Below are positions 47,277 to 57,296 of a stretch of DNA of 64,000 nt, piece after piece. The DNA is taken from the NCBI RefSeq assembly GCF_044792175.1, contig NZ_CP172866.1. The stretch is one strand, 5' to 3'. This DNA is from Corallococcus coralloides. Its GTDB lineage: Bacteria; Myxococcota; Myxococcia; Myxococcales; Myxococcaceae. A program made the translations under genes and the position numbers. How positions within the stretch are numbered: position 1 is the first letter of the stretch; each line of letters begins with the position of its first letter. Below the pieces are notes generated by a model, which saw only the letters and a program-made list of their open reading frames with translations, did not search any database and had not been told where the DNA came from.

Positions 47277-47663
47277 GTGGACCACGTCGACTTCGGCAAA
47301 TACCTCAGCCAGCAGCGCGAGCTTCGCGGCCTGTCGCGCGAGGACGTCTCCCGGGAGACGAAGATTCCCCCCAGCCTCGTCGCGGCGCTGGAGGCGGGGC
47401 AGGTGGAGCGGCTGCCCGAGCGCGTGTTCGTGCTGAACTACATCCGCGCGTACGCGCAGGTCATCGGCCTGTCACCGGAAGAGGCGGCGCTGCGCTACGA
47501 GGAGGTGGACCGGGCGGTGCCCGCGCCTTCGCCGGCGCAGCTCGAGAAGGCGCGGCGCAAGCGTGCGTACGTCATCCTGGCCGTGCTGCTGGCGGTCCTG
47601 CTCCTGGGCGCGGGGCTGTTCCTGGTGCTGTCCGGGAAGCTGCCGCCCCCCGCCGCGCGTTGA
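47277..47663 (+). CDS. Helix-turn-helix (XRE-like) plus single-TM protein, RodZ-N-terminal-like.
   Basis: It has the HTH FGKYLSQQRELRGLSREDVSRETKIPPSLVAALE and the C-terminal TM AYVILAVLLAVLLLGAGLFLVL. Confidence 0.55.
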   Translation: MDHVDFGKYLSQQRELRGLSREDVSRETKIPPSLVAALEAGQVERLPERVFVLNYIRAYAQVIGLSPEEAALRYEEVDRAVPAPSPAQLEKARRKRAYVILAVLLAVLLLGAGLFLVLSGKLPPPAAR

Positions 47664-47672
47664 AGAGGGATC

Positions 47673-48407
47673 ATGGAGCGGTACGCCGACGACGCGTTCG
47701 TGCTGTCCACGGTCGACTACGGAGAGTCCGACCGGCTGGTGACGCTGCTCACGCGTGAGCACGGCAAGCTGACCGCGTTCGCCGCGGGCGCGCGCAAGAG
47801 CAAGCGCCGGTTCGCGGGGGCGTTGGAGCCGTTCATGCGGCTGCGCGTGCAGCTCGTGGAGACGCGGGGCAGCACGGTACGGATTGATTCGGCGGACATC
47901 GTCGCGGGCTTCTACGCCGCGCGCGAGGACCTGTCGCTCATCGCCCGGGCGCTCTACGCGGTGGAGCTGTGCCGCGAGCTCACGCGCGAACACGAACCGC
48001 ACCCGGAGCTGTTCGAGCTGGTGGAGGGCTACCTGCACCGGCTGGACGCGAAGGAGGCCGGGCCCACGTCGCTGCTCGCGTTCGAGCTGGCGGCGCTGGC
48101 GCAGGCGGGGTTGATGCCGCGGTTCGACTCCTGCTCGCTGTGTGGCGGTCTGCCCGGCGAGCGGCCCCGGTTCGACCAGGGGCACGGTGGCGCGGTGTGC
48201 GAGCCGTGTGGCGGACGCGCGCGCGACTCGGTGCCGGTGCCGGTGGCGCTGCTGGCCGGGCTGCGCTCGCTTCAGGAAGGGCAGCGCACGCCGCTGCCCG
48301 CGGACCTCCGCGCGCGGGCGCGGGGGCTGCTCAACGTCTTCATCGCGCACCACGTGGGCCGCAAGCTCAAGAGCGTGGACTTCATGGCGCAGGTGGGCCT
48401 GGACTGA
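47673..48407 (+). CDS. recO: DNA repair protein RecO.
   Basis: It has an OB-fold N-terminus AFVLSTVDYGESDRLVTLLTREHGKL and a zinc site CSLCGG...CEPCGG. Confidence 0.8.
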   Translation: MERYADDAFVLSTVDYGESDRLVTLLTREHGKLTAFAAGARKSKRRFAGALEPFMRLRVQLVETRGSTVRIDSADIVAGFYAAREDLSLIARALYAVELCRELTREHEPHPELFELVEGYLHRLDAKEAGPTSLLAFELAALAQAGLMPRFDSCSLCGGLPGERPRFDQGHGGAVCEPCGGRARDSVPVPVALLAGLRSLQEGQRTPLPADLRARARGLLNVFIAHHVGRKLKSVDFMAQVGLD

Positions 48408-48439
48408 CAGGCGGCGCGCGGTCCCCAGGGGGAGCTGTC

Positions 48440-49444
48440 ATGCACGAAGCCGGGCCGCTGGACGTGGTGTGTGTCGGCGAAACGCTGGTGGACTTCCTTC
48501 CCGTGGCCGGCGGCGCCTCGCGCGTGCGGGACGTGGAGGCCTGGAAGCCCTCGCCGGGTGGCTCCCCGGCCAATGTCTCCGTGGGGCTCGCGCGGTTGGG
48601 CCTGCGCTCGGCGATGGTGGGCGTGGTGGGCTCCGACGAGTTCGGCCACTTCCTGCGCGACCGGTTGGCGGCGGACGGCGTGGATGTGAGCCGCCTGCGG
48701 CAGGTGGACCACGCGCGCACGGGCCTGTTGTTCGTCTCACTGGATGCGCACGGCGAGCGCAGCTTCACGTACTTCCGCACGCGCTCCGCGGAGTTCCTGC
48801 TGGATGACTCCGACGTGGACGGTGGCTTCGTGCGGCGCGCGAAGGCGCTGCACTGCGGCTCCAACTCCCTGCTCCTGCCACCGGCGCGCGAGGCCATGGT
48901 GCGCATGCTCACCCTGGCCCGCGAGGCCGGGATGCTGGTGAGCTGTGATCCGAACCTGCGGCTGCACATGTGGACGCAGCCCGAGGAGCTGCGCGCCCTT
49001 TTGGGGCGCATGCTCCCGCTGTGCACGGTGGTGAAGCTGTCCGAGGAGGAGATCCACTTCGCGACCGGCGAGCACTCGCCCGAGGCGGCCCTGCACGTCC
49101 TGGCCGCGTGGGGCGTGCCGCTGCCCGTGGTGACGCTGGGGCCTCGCGGCGCGGTGTTCCTCTGGCGGGGGGAGGTCCTCTCCGTTCCCGCGCCCCAGGT
49201 GACGGTGGTGGACACGACGGGCGCGGGGGATGGCTTCGTGTCCGCCATGTTGAGCGGCCTGGTGCGCGGGTACGGCGACGCGCGCTCGCTGGCGGAGGCG
49301 ACACGCGAGGAGCTGGTCGCGCTGATGACCTTCGCGGCGGGCGTGGGGGCTCGGGTGGTGACGAGGCTGGGCGCGGTGTCGGCGCTCCCCCTGGCCTCCG
49401 AGGTGGAGGGGCTGTTGCCCGCCGTGCGACGCAACGCGCGCTGA
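48440..49444 (+). CDS. PfkB-family carbohydrate kinase (fructokinase/ribokinase-like).
   Basis: It has VVCVGETLVDF, the GG motif PSPGGSPANV and the ATP/anion-hole motif DTTGAGDGFVSA. The ATG at 48440 lies in the frame of ORF 47969..49444. Confidence 0.8.
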   Translation: MHEAGPLDVVCVGETLVDFLPVAGGASRVRDVEAWKPSPGGSPANVSVGLARLGLRSAMVGVVGSDEFGHFLRDRLAADGVDVSRLRQVDHARTGLLFVSLDAHGERSFTYFRTRSAEFLLDDSDVDGGFVRRAKALHCGSNSLLLPPAREAMVRMLTLAREAGMLVSCDPNLRLHMWTQPEELRALLGRMLPLCTVVKLSEEEIHFATGEHSPEAALHVLAAWGVPLPVVTLGPRGAVFLWRGEVLSVPAPQVTVVDTTGAGDGFVSAMLSGLVRGYGDARSLAEATREELVALMTFAAGVGARVVTRLGAVSALPLASEVEGLLPAVRRNAR

Positions 49445-49522
49445 CGGGAAGCGCCGTGCCGGGTCAGGCTCCCGTGCTTCGCTGCGTCCTGCGTGGCCCA
49501 CCATCCCATCCAGGAGGGACCG

Positions 49523-50812
49523 ATGAGTGACACCCGCGAAGCTTCTTCCTCCGCTCCGGCGCGCGTCCGGGGGCTGGAGCAGATCGACCGGCTGTCGGTG
49601 CCCCTGCCGCATGGCACCGAGGTCACCACCCGCGTGGAGCGCGTGGCGTCCGGGGGGCGCCGCATCCCCCAGGGCGTGGTGGGCCGCGTGGTGCGCGCGC
49701 ATGACGGCGGCTTCGACGTCCAGATTGTCGGCGTGGGCGAGGTGTGGTTCGCCCGCGACGAGCTGGTGCCCCGGCGCGCGGGACAGGTGCAGTTCGCCCA
49801 GCGGCGCGAGGCGGCCTGGAGCGCGCTGCGGCCGTGCGTGGTGCTGGAGACGCGCGTGGGCAGTCACGCCTGGGGGCTCGCGGACGAGCGCTCCGACGTG
49901 GACGTGCGCGGGGTGTTCGCGCTGCCGCTCCCGTGGACGCTGGGCCTGGGGCAGCCGCCGCAGGACCTGGTGAGCGCGGATGGCAGCACCACGTACTGGG
50001 AGGTCCGCAAGACGGTGGAGCAGGCGCTGCGCGCGGATCCGAACACGCTGGAGACCCTCTTCGTCCCCGGCGCGACGGCGGTGGACGAGTTGGGCACGTG
50101 GGTGCTGGAGGCGCGCGAGGCGTTCGTCTCCAAGGCCATCTTCGGCAGCTTCGGGCGCTACGCCATGAGCCAGCTCGACAAGCTCACCCGCAGCCAGCGG
50201 CTGGCCGAGCACCGCGACCTGCTCCTCGCGTGGCTGTGCGAGGAGCCCACGCCGGACCTGGACGAGGTGGCCCGCCGCCTGGCCGCCGTGTCCCCCCGCG
50301 CCGCGCCCACGCCCGAGGACGGGGTGCTCGCGGCCAAGACGTACGTCAAGCAGCTCTACCGCTCGCTCTGGGACCAGGGGCTGCTCGCGGCGAACGACTT
50401 CGCGGCGCTCACGGCGTACGCGCGCGGTGGGGGCCAGCGCCCGCCGTCCGCTCGGGAGCTGCGGCCGAAGAACGCGTACAACCTGCTGCGGCTGGTGGCG
50501 CTGGCGACCGGCTGGCTGCGCGACGGCGTGCCGACCTTCGAGGCGACGGGAGCGTTCAAGGCGCGGCTGCTCGACATCAAGGGCGGAGCGGTGCCCCTGG
50601 AGGACGTGCTGCGCGACGCCGAGGCCATGGCTCCGGCGCTGGAGGCCGCGCACCGCGAGAGCCGGCTGCCGGAGCATCCGGACTACGCCCGCGCGGACCG
50701 GCTGCTGCGGCGTGTGGGAGACGAGGTGGCGCGGCGCTGGGTCTTGAAGACGCCCGGTCCGCTGGGCCGTGACGCGCCGGAGGCTCCGGCGCTGGAAGGA
50801 GGGACGGAATGA
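49523..50812 (+). CDS. Pol-beta-superfamily nucleotidyltransferase domain protein (paralog 1), with an extra ~95-aa N-terminal domain.
   Basis: The NTase signature is VLETRVGSHAWGLADERSDVDVRGVF, of the form GS-x9-[DE]h[DE]h. A long helical C-terminal region follows it. The ATG at 49523 lies in ORF 49493..50812. Confidence 0.6.
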   Translation: MSDTREASSSAPARVRGLEQIDRLSVPLPHGTEVTTRVERVASGGRRIPQGVVGRVVRAHDGGFDVQIVGVGEVWFARDELVPRRAGQVQFAQRREAAWSALRPCVVLETRVGSHAWGLADERSDVDVRGVFALPLPWTLGLGQPPQDLVSADGSTTYWEVRKTVEQALRADPNTLETLFVPGATAVDELGTWVLEAREAFVSKAIFGSFGRYAMSQLDKLTRSQRLAEHRDLLLAWLCEEPTPDLDEVARRLAAVSPRAAPTPEDGVLAAKTYVKQLYRSLWDQGLLAANDFAALTAYARGGGQRPPSARELRPKNAYNLLRLVALATGWLRDGVPTFEATGAFKARLLDIKGGAVPLEDVLRDAEAMAPALEAAHRESRLPEHPDYARADRLLRRVGDEVARRWVLKTPGPLGRDAPEAPALEGGTE

Positions 50813-51597
50813 AGGGCAGGGTGACGGAACATCAGGAGCGCATGGCGGACCGCGTGCTGGACGCGGAGTCCCTCCTGCGCGAGCACTTGGTCATCTCGCT
50901 GTCCGGCGCGCATGCGTATGGCTTCCCGTCGCATGACAGCGACCTGGACCTCAAGGCCATCCACATCGCGCCCACCGCCGCGCTGCTCGGCCTCCAGCCC
51001 CGGCACGTGCCGGCGGAGCGGCTGGAGGTGCTGGAGGGCGTGGAGGTGGACTACTCCTCCAACGAGCTGCAGCCCGTGCTGCTGGGCATCCTCCAGGGCA
51101 ACGGCAACTACATCGAGCGGGTGCTGGGCGCCATCACGGTGCGGGCCCTGCCGGAGCTGGAGGCGCTGCGGCCCCTGGTGCGGGCCGTGCTGTCGCGCCG
51201 CGTCCACCGGCACTACCGCGGCTTCGCGCAGGGACAGCTCCGTGAATGGGAGAAGAGCGGATTCCGCTCCGTGAAGAAGTTGCTGTACGTACTGCGCACC
51301 ACGCTCACCGGAACGCATGCGCTGCGCACGGGCGAGGTGGAGACGGACGTCACCGGCCTGCTGGAGCCGTATGGCTTTGGCGAGGCCCGCGCGCTGGTGG
51401 AGCGCAAGCGGAGCGGGGAGCGCATCGAGCTGACCGACGCGCTCAGCGAGCAGTGGCGGGGGGAGGTGACGCGCGCCTTCGCCGTGCTCGACGCGGCGGA
51501 CGCGGCCTCCGTGTTGCCCCTGGAGCCACCCCCGCCGGCCGTGGCCGCGCTCGAGGCCTGGATGCTCGACGTGCGGCGACGGCGGTTCGGCGCCTAA
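50809..51597 (+). CDS. Pol-beta-superfamily nucleotidyltransferase domain protein (paralog 2).
   Basis: It has ISLSGAHAYGFPSHDSDLDLKAIH, with the same spacing as paralog 1. A 4-nt overlap (ATGA) with the upstream gene suggests translational coupling. Confidence 0.6.
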   Translation: MKGRVTEHQERMADRVLDAESLLREHLVISLSGAHAYGFPSHDSDLDLKAIHIAPTAALLGLQPRHVPAERLEVLEGVEVDYSSNELQPVLLGILQGNGNYIERVLGAITVRALPELEALRPLVRAVLSRRVHRHYRGFAQGQLREWEKSGFRSVKKLLYVLRTTLTGTHALRTGEVETDVTGLLEPYGFGEARALVERKRSGERIELTDALSEQWRGEVTRAFAVLDAADAASVLPLEPPPPAVAALEAWMLDVRRRRFGA

Positions 51598-51693
51598 ACC
51601 GCTTTCTCCGGGCTCCTGGCCCGGGGGGAGCGGCCTGTCTGCAAAGACGGTCATCGACCTGGGAGGGTTCGGCGGGTAACATCCGCCCCCGCC

Positions 51694-53958
51694 ATGAGTA
51701 CGCAGGGAGTCGCCGGAGACGATCCCGACCGGGGGCGGCGCATTGGAAAGTACGAGATCCTCACCCGACTCTCGATGGGCGGGATGGCGGAGCTGTTCCT
51801 CGCGTACACCTCCGGCCCCGGTGGCTTCCGCAAGTTCGTGGCGGTGAAGCAGATCCTCCCCGACATCAAGAAGGACGATCAGTTCGTCAAGATGTTCCTC
51901 GACGAGGCGCGCATCACCGCGGCCTTCTCGCACGCGAACATCGGACAGGTGTTCGACCTGGGGGAGGAGGACGGCGAGCTGTACCTCGCCATGGAGTTCC
52001 TGCCCGGCCAGAACCTGGAGCAGGTGGTGAAGATGGCGGAGCGGCGCAAGTACGCGCTGCCGCTGGGCTTCAGCGCGCGCGTGATGCGCGACACGTGCCT
52101 GGGCCTGCACTACGCCCACCACTTCATGGATCCGTCCGGCCGCCCTGTGGCGGTGGTGCACCGCGACGTGTCCCCGAAGAACGTGATGATCACCTACGAC
52201 GGCGTCGTGAAGGTGATCGACTTCGGCATCGCCAAGGCGCGCGGCAAGCTGGGCCGCACGCAGGTGGGCACCGTGAAGGGGACCAGCGGGTACATGTCCC
52301 CGGAGCAGGTGCGCAACAAGGACCTGGATGGCCGCAGCGACCAGTTCTCCACCGGCGTGATGTTCCACGAGCTGCTGGCCGGACAGCGCCTGTTCAACGC
52401 GCCCGGCGAAGCCGCCGTGATGATGCAGATCGTGGACGGGGACATCCCGGCGCCGCGCTCGCTCAACGCGGCCGTGCCGGAGGCCCTGGAAGCAGTGGTG
52501 CTCAAGGCGCTGTCGCGCGATGCCACCCAGCGCTTCGGCACCTGCCGGGAGATGGCGCGCGCCATCGAGGCCACGCTGGGCGCCGAGCTGTTCGACGAAG
52601 ACCAGATGACCGCCGTGATGGGCGAGCTCTTCGAGGAGAAGCGCCAGAAGACGCGCACGCTCCTGGAGCTGGCCAGCCGCGCCGAGGACGCCCGCGTCAG
52701 CGAGGCCGCCGGTGCGCTCCAGGTGGAGGAGGGGGGGGACCAGGCCTCCGCCGCGGCCACCGCGCAGGTGAAGTCGCCGCACGCGGAGGCCCCTGCCGCG
52801 GACGCCGCGGCGTCCTTCAAGCCCACGCCCGTCCGCCGCGCCGCGGCCGAGTCCGCGACGCCCGCCCCCCGCGCGACCCCGCGTCCCGCGAACGAGGCCG
52901 TGGAGGCCCGCGCCTCTCGCGTCAACACGCCCACCGTGACGCCGCGAGCGCAGCGGCCCTCGGGCTCGGACGCGGCGCCCGTTCCCCGGGTCATCCGTCC
53001 TCCCGCTGACGCCGCGCGGCCGCCCGCCAGGGCTCGTCCCAGCGCGCGGCCCGAGCCCACCGAGCCGCCCTCCGACGGGCTGATGGATCCGCCCAGCGAG
53101 CTCCAGACCCAGCGCTTCAAGGCCCGTCCGGTGCGCGGCACCTCGCGGCCTCCGCGCCAGGTGGAGGAGGCGGAGTCCGTTGAAGCGCCCCCCGTGGCCC
53201 CGCCCCGGCGCGAGGGCTCCGGCTGGGGCATGCGGTTGTTCCTGCTCCTCCTGCTGGGGGGCGTGGCGTACCTGGCGACGCTCGAACCCGTGCGCCGGCT
53301 GTTCATGCCGGCGTTCGACTCCGCGAAGCAGTGGGTGAAGGCGGAGCTGGACCCGGCTCCCCCCGTGGACCCCGCCGCGAACGGACAGTGGCCGCCGAAG
53401 CCCTCCGGTCCTCCGCCGGGCTTCGTCCAGAAGACCACCCCCGAGCCCGAGCCCGAGCCGGCGCCCGTTGAGGCGCCGACCACGCCCGAGCCGGTGGTGG
53501 ACGCGGCGCCCGCCGACACGAAGAAGACCCCCGCCGCCAAGGGCGGACGCAAGACGAAGCCGGCCGCCACGCCGGAAGCGCCCGTGGTGGCGAAGGTGGA
53601 GCCGCGCCCCGCGAAGCCCGAGCCCTCGGCGCAGGTCCCGGAGCCGGTCACCACCGTCACGCAGACGGAGGCCCCGGAGGTGCTCGACACGACCACCTCG
53701 AAGGGCGCGGCGAAGGCGGGCCTGGGCTGGCTGACGCTCTACACGGTGCCGAAGAACGCGGCCGTGTTCGACGGCGCCACGCAACTGGGCACGTCCCCGT
53801 TGATCAAGTTCCCCCTGCCCATCGGGACGTACCGTCTGCGCGTGGTGGACCCGCAGGACCCCGGCGGTACGAGCAAGCTGTTGTCCGCTCCCATCCGTCC
53901 CGGAGAGGTGACGAAGCTGCAGATTCGACTGGCCGACCTCCCGGCCTACTCGAACTGA
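51694..53958 (+). CDS. Eukaryotic-like Ser/Thr protein kinase with a Pro-rich linker, a single TM and a C-terminal PEGA-like beta domain.
   Basis: It has kinase subdomains I-XI (ILTRLSMGGMAELF, AVKQI, HRDVSPKN, DFGIAK, GTSGYMSPE), the TM LFLLLLLGGVAYLA and C-terminal GWLTLYTVPKNAAVFDGATQLGTSP...YRLRV. Confidence 0.85.
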   Translation: MSTQGVAGDDPDRGRRIGKYEILTRLSMGGMAELFLAYTSGPGGFRKFVAVKQILPDIKKDDQFVKMFLDEARITAAFSHANIGQVFDLGEEDGELYLAMEFLPGQNLEQVVKMAERRKYALPLGFSARVMRDTCLGLHYAHHFMDPSGRPVAVVHRDVSPKNVMITYDGVVKVIDFGIAKARGKLGRTQVGTVKGTSGYMSPEQVRNKDLDGRSDQFSTGVMFHELLAGQRLFNAPGEAAVMMQIVDGDIPAPRSLNAAVPEALEAVVLKALSRDATQRFGTCREMARAIEATLGAELFDEDQMTAVMGELFEEKRQKTRTLLELASRAEDARVSEAAGALQVEEGGDQASAAATAQVKSPHAEAPAADAAASFKPTPVRRAAAESATPAPRATPRPANEAVEARASRVNTPTVTPRAQRPSGSDAAPVPRVIRPPADAARPPARARPSARPEPTEPPSDGLMDPPSELQTQRFKARPVRGTSRPPRQVEEAESVEAPPVAPPRREGSGWGMRLFLLLLLGGVAYLATLEPVRRLFMPAFDSAKQWVKAELDPAPPVDPAANGQWPPKPSGPPPGFVQKTTPEPEPEPAPVEAPTTPEPVVDAAPADTKKTPAAKGGRKTKPAATPEAPVVAKVEPRPAKPEPSAQVPEPVTTVTQTEAPEVLDTTTSKGAAKAGLGWLTLYTVPKNAAVFDGATQLGTSPLIKFPLPIGTYRLRVVDPQDPGGTSKLLSAPIRPGEVTKLQIRLADLPAYSN

Positions 53959-54047
53959 CCGCCGTCCTTGACGCTCCTGGACCCCCTCACTAGGGTCCGC
54001 CGCGTTCCGCCTTCGCCTTCGACGCACTGCGAGAAGGACTCGCCATC

Positions 54048-55029
<982 letters not shown>

Positions 55030-55040
<11 letters not shown>

Positions 55041-57129
55041 TCTGCTGCTGGAGGTCGGTGCCGAGGAGATCCCGGCGTCGTTCATCGTCCCCGCGCTGGA
55101 GGACCTGAAGCGCGTGCTCACCGAGCGCATGGCCGACGCCCGCCTGAAGCACGGCGAGGTGCGCACGTTCGGAACGCCGCGCCGGCTGGCCATCTGGGTC
55201 CGCGACGTGGCGGACGCGGGCGAGGACATCACGAAGGAGGTGCTGGGGCCCAGCGCCAAGGCCGCCTTCGACGCGCAGGGCAAGCCCACCAAGGCGGCGG
55301 AGAAGTTCGCCGAGGGGCTCAAGCTGACCGTGGACGCGCTCGGCCGCACGACGACGGCCAAGGGCGAGTACGTGTCGGCGCGCGTGGAAGAGAAGGGACG
55401 CCCGGCGAACGCCATCCTCCTGGATGCGCTGCACGCCGCGGTGCACGGCATCAACTTCAAGAAGTCCATGCGCTGGGGGGACGTGGACACGTCCTTCGCG
55501 CGCCCCGTGCAGTGGATGGTGGCGCTCCTGGGCGACACGGAGCTGCCGGTGGTGCTGGGCGACGTGAAGGCGGGCCGCACCACCTACGGCCACCGCTTCC
55601 TCGCGCCGGGGCCCATCCCGCTGAAGGCGCCCGCGGACTACGAGTCCGCGCTGGAGAAGGCGCACGTGCTGGCGGACCTCGGCAAGCGCCGCGCGTCGCT
55701 CGTGGAGAAGCTGCACGCCGCGGCGAAGGGAGCCAGCGGGCAGCTCATGGAGGACGAGGGCCTGGTGGACCAGGTGACGAACCTGGTGGAGCTGCCAAAC
55801 CCCGTGGTGGGCAGCTTCGACCCGCGCCACCTGGACCTGCCGCCGGAGGTGCTGGTGCAGGAGATGAAGAGCCACCAGCGCTACTTCTCGCTGCTGGACG
55901 CGCAGGGGAAGCTCCTGCCGCGCTTCATCGCCGTGTCCAACACGCCGGTGCGCGACGCGCAGTTGTCGCTGCGTGGCTACGAGCGCGTGCTGCGCGCGCG
56001 GCTCGCGGACGGGCGCTTCTTCTTCGACGAGGACCGCCGCACGCCGCTGGCCGACCGCGTGGAGAAGCTGGGCCGCGTGGTGTGGCAGGGCCAGTTGGGC
56101 ACGTACCTGGAGAAGGTGGAGCGCTTCCGCGCGCTGGCGGGCTGGCTGGCCCAGGCGACGGGCAGGGCAGGGGAGGCGTCCACGGTGGAGCGCGCCGCCA
56201 CGCTGTCCAAGGCGGACCTCGTCACCGGCATGGTGGGCGAGTTCCCGGAGCTCCAGGGCGTGATGGGCCGCGAGTACGCGAAGGCGGGCGGCGAGCCCGA
56301 CGCGGTGGCGCTGGCCATCTTCGAGCACTACCTGCCCCGCGGCGCCGAGGACGCGCTGCCGTCTCAGGACGCGGGCGCGCTCATCGGCCTGGCGGACCGG
56401 CTGGACTCGCTGTGCGGCATCTTCGCCATCGGCAAGGCGCCGTCCGGCGCGGCGGATCCGTTCGCGCTGCGCCGCGCGTGCCTGTCCATCATCCGCATCG
56501 TGCTGGGGCGCGGCTACCGCTTTAGCCTGTCCGCGGCGGTGGATGAGGCGCTGCGCCTCTTGGCCCCCAAGCTGGCCAACGTGAAGCGCAAGCCGGGGGA
56601 GGCCGCCCCGCGCGAGCAGGTGCTGGAGTTCTTCCGCGGCCGCCTCAAGGCGCTGTGGGGCGAGCAGCACCGCACGGACGTCGTGGAGGCGGTGCTGGCC
56701 GTGGGCTTCGACGACCTCGTCGCGGCGCAGAAGCGCCTGGAGGCCCTGAGCCGGCTCGTGGGCCACTCGGACTTCCAGCCGCTCGCGGCGGCGTTCAAGC
56801 GCGTGGTCAACATCGTGGAGAAGCAGGGCAGGGACGTGGCCGGCGGGCAGACCAACCCGCAGCGCTTCACCGACGAGCCGGAGAAGAACCTCCACACCGC
56901 CTTCACCCAGGCGCGCGACAAGGTGGGCGAGCGCGTGCGCGCGGACGACTTCGCCGGCGCGCTCAAGGAGATCACCGGCCTGAAGCCCGCCGTGGACACC
57001 TTCTTCGACAAGGTGATGGTGATGGCCGAGGACAAGGACCTGCGGGAGAACCGCATCCGGTTCCTCACGGAGATTGGCGCCCTGTTCAACCAGGTGGCGG
57101 ACTTTTCCAAGATCCAGGCCGAGGCCTGA
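55030..57129 (+). CDS. glyS: Glycine--tRNA ligase beta subunit (GTG start overlapping the glyQ 3' end by 11 nt).
   Basis: It has (V)[17 protein letters not shown] and is GlyS-like along its whole length. The in-frame GTG at 55030 lies within ORF 54928..57129. Confidence 0.85.
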
Positions 57130-57296
57130 GCCCCCCGTCACCGCGCCACGGACGGAGCGTGCCCGTTCCCCCACCAGGGGAGCGGCGCACGCCCTCCGGG
57201 CGGGGGCGGATGTCGGCGGGCGGGCGGCCGGGAATAGCGATAGCCCTATTCAGTTGCCCGGGGCAGGGCCGCGTTCCTACACTCCGCCCCCCTCTG

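Noticed and set aside
52700-53700. Repetitive Pro/Ala/Glu-rich DNA inside the Ser/Thr kinase. Similar low-complexity segments occur in the FHA protein (61500-61700) and the hrpB-upstream protein (21700-22200), and were considered as possible tandem repeats or CRISPR-like arrays.
   Set aside because: They are in-frame low-complexity linker-coding regions with no regular repeat-spacer periodicity.
53959-54047. A possible T-box leader upstream of glyQ.
   Set aside because: The ~90-nt gap is too short for a T-box (200-300 nt), and no AGGGUGGNACCGCG-like T-box sequence is present.
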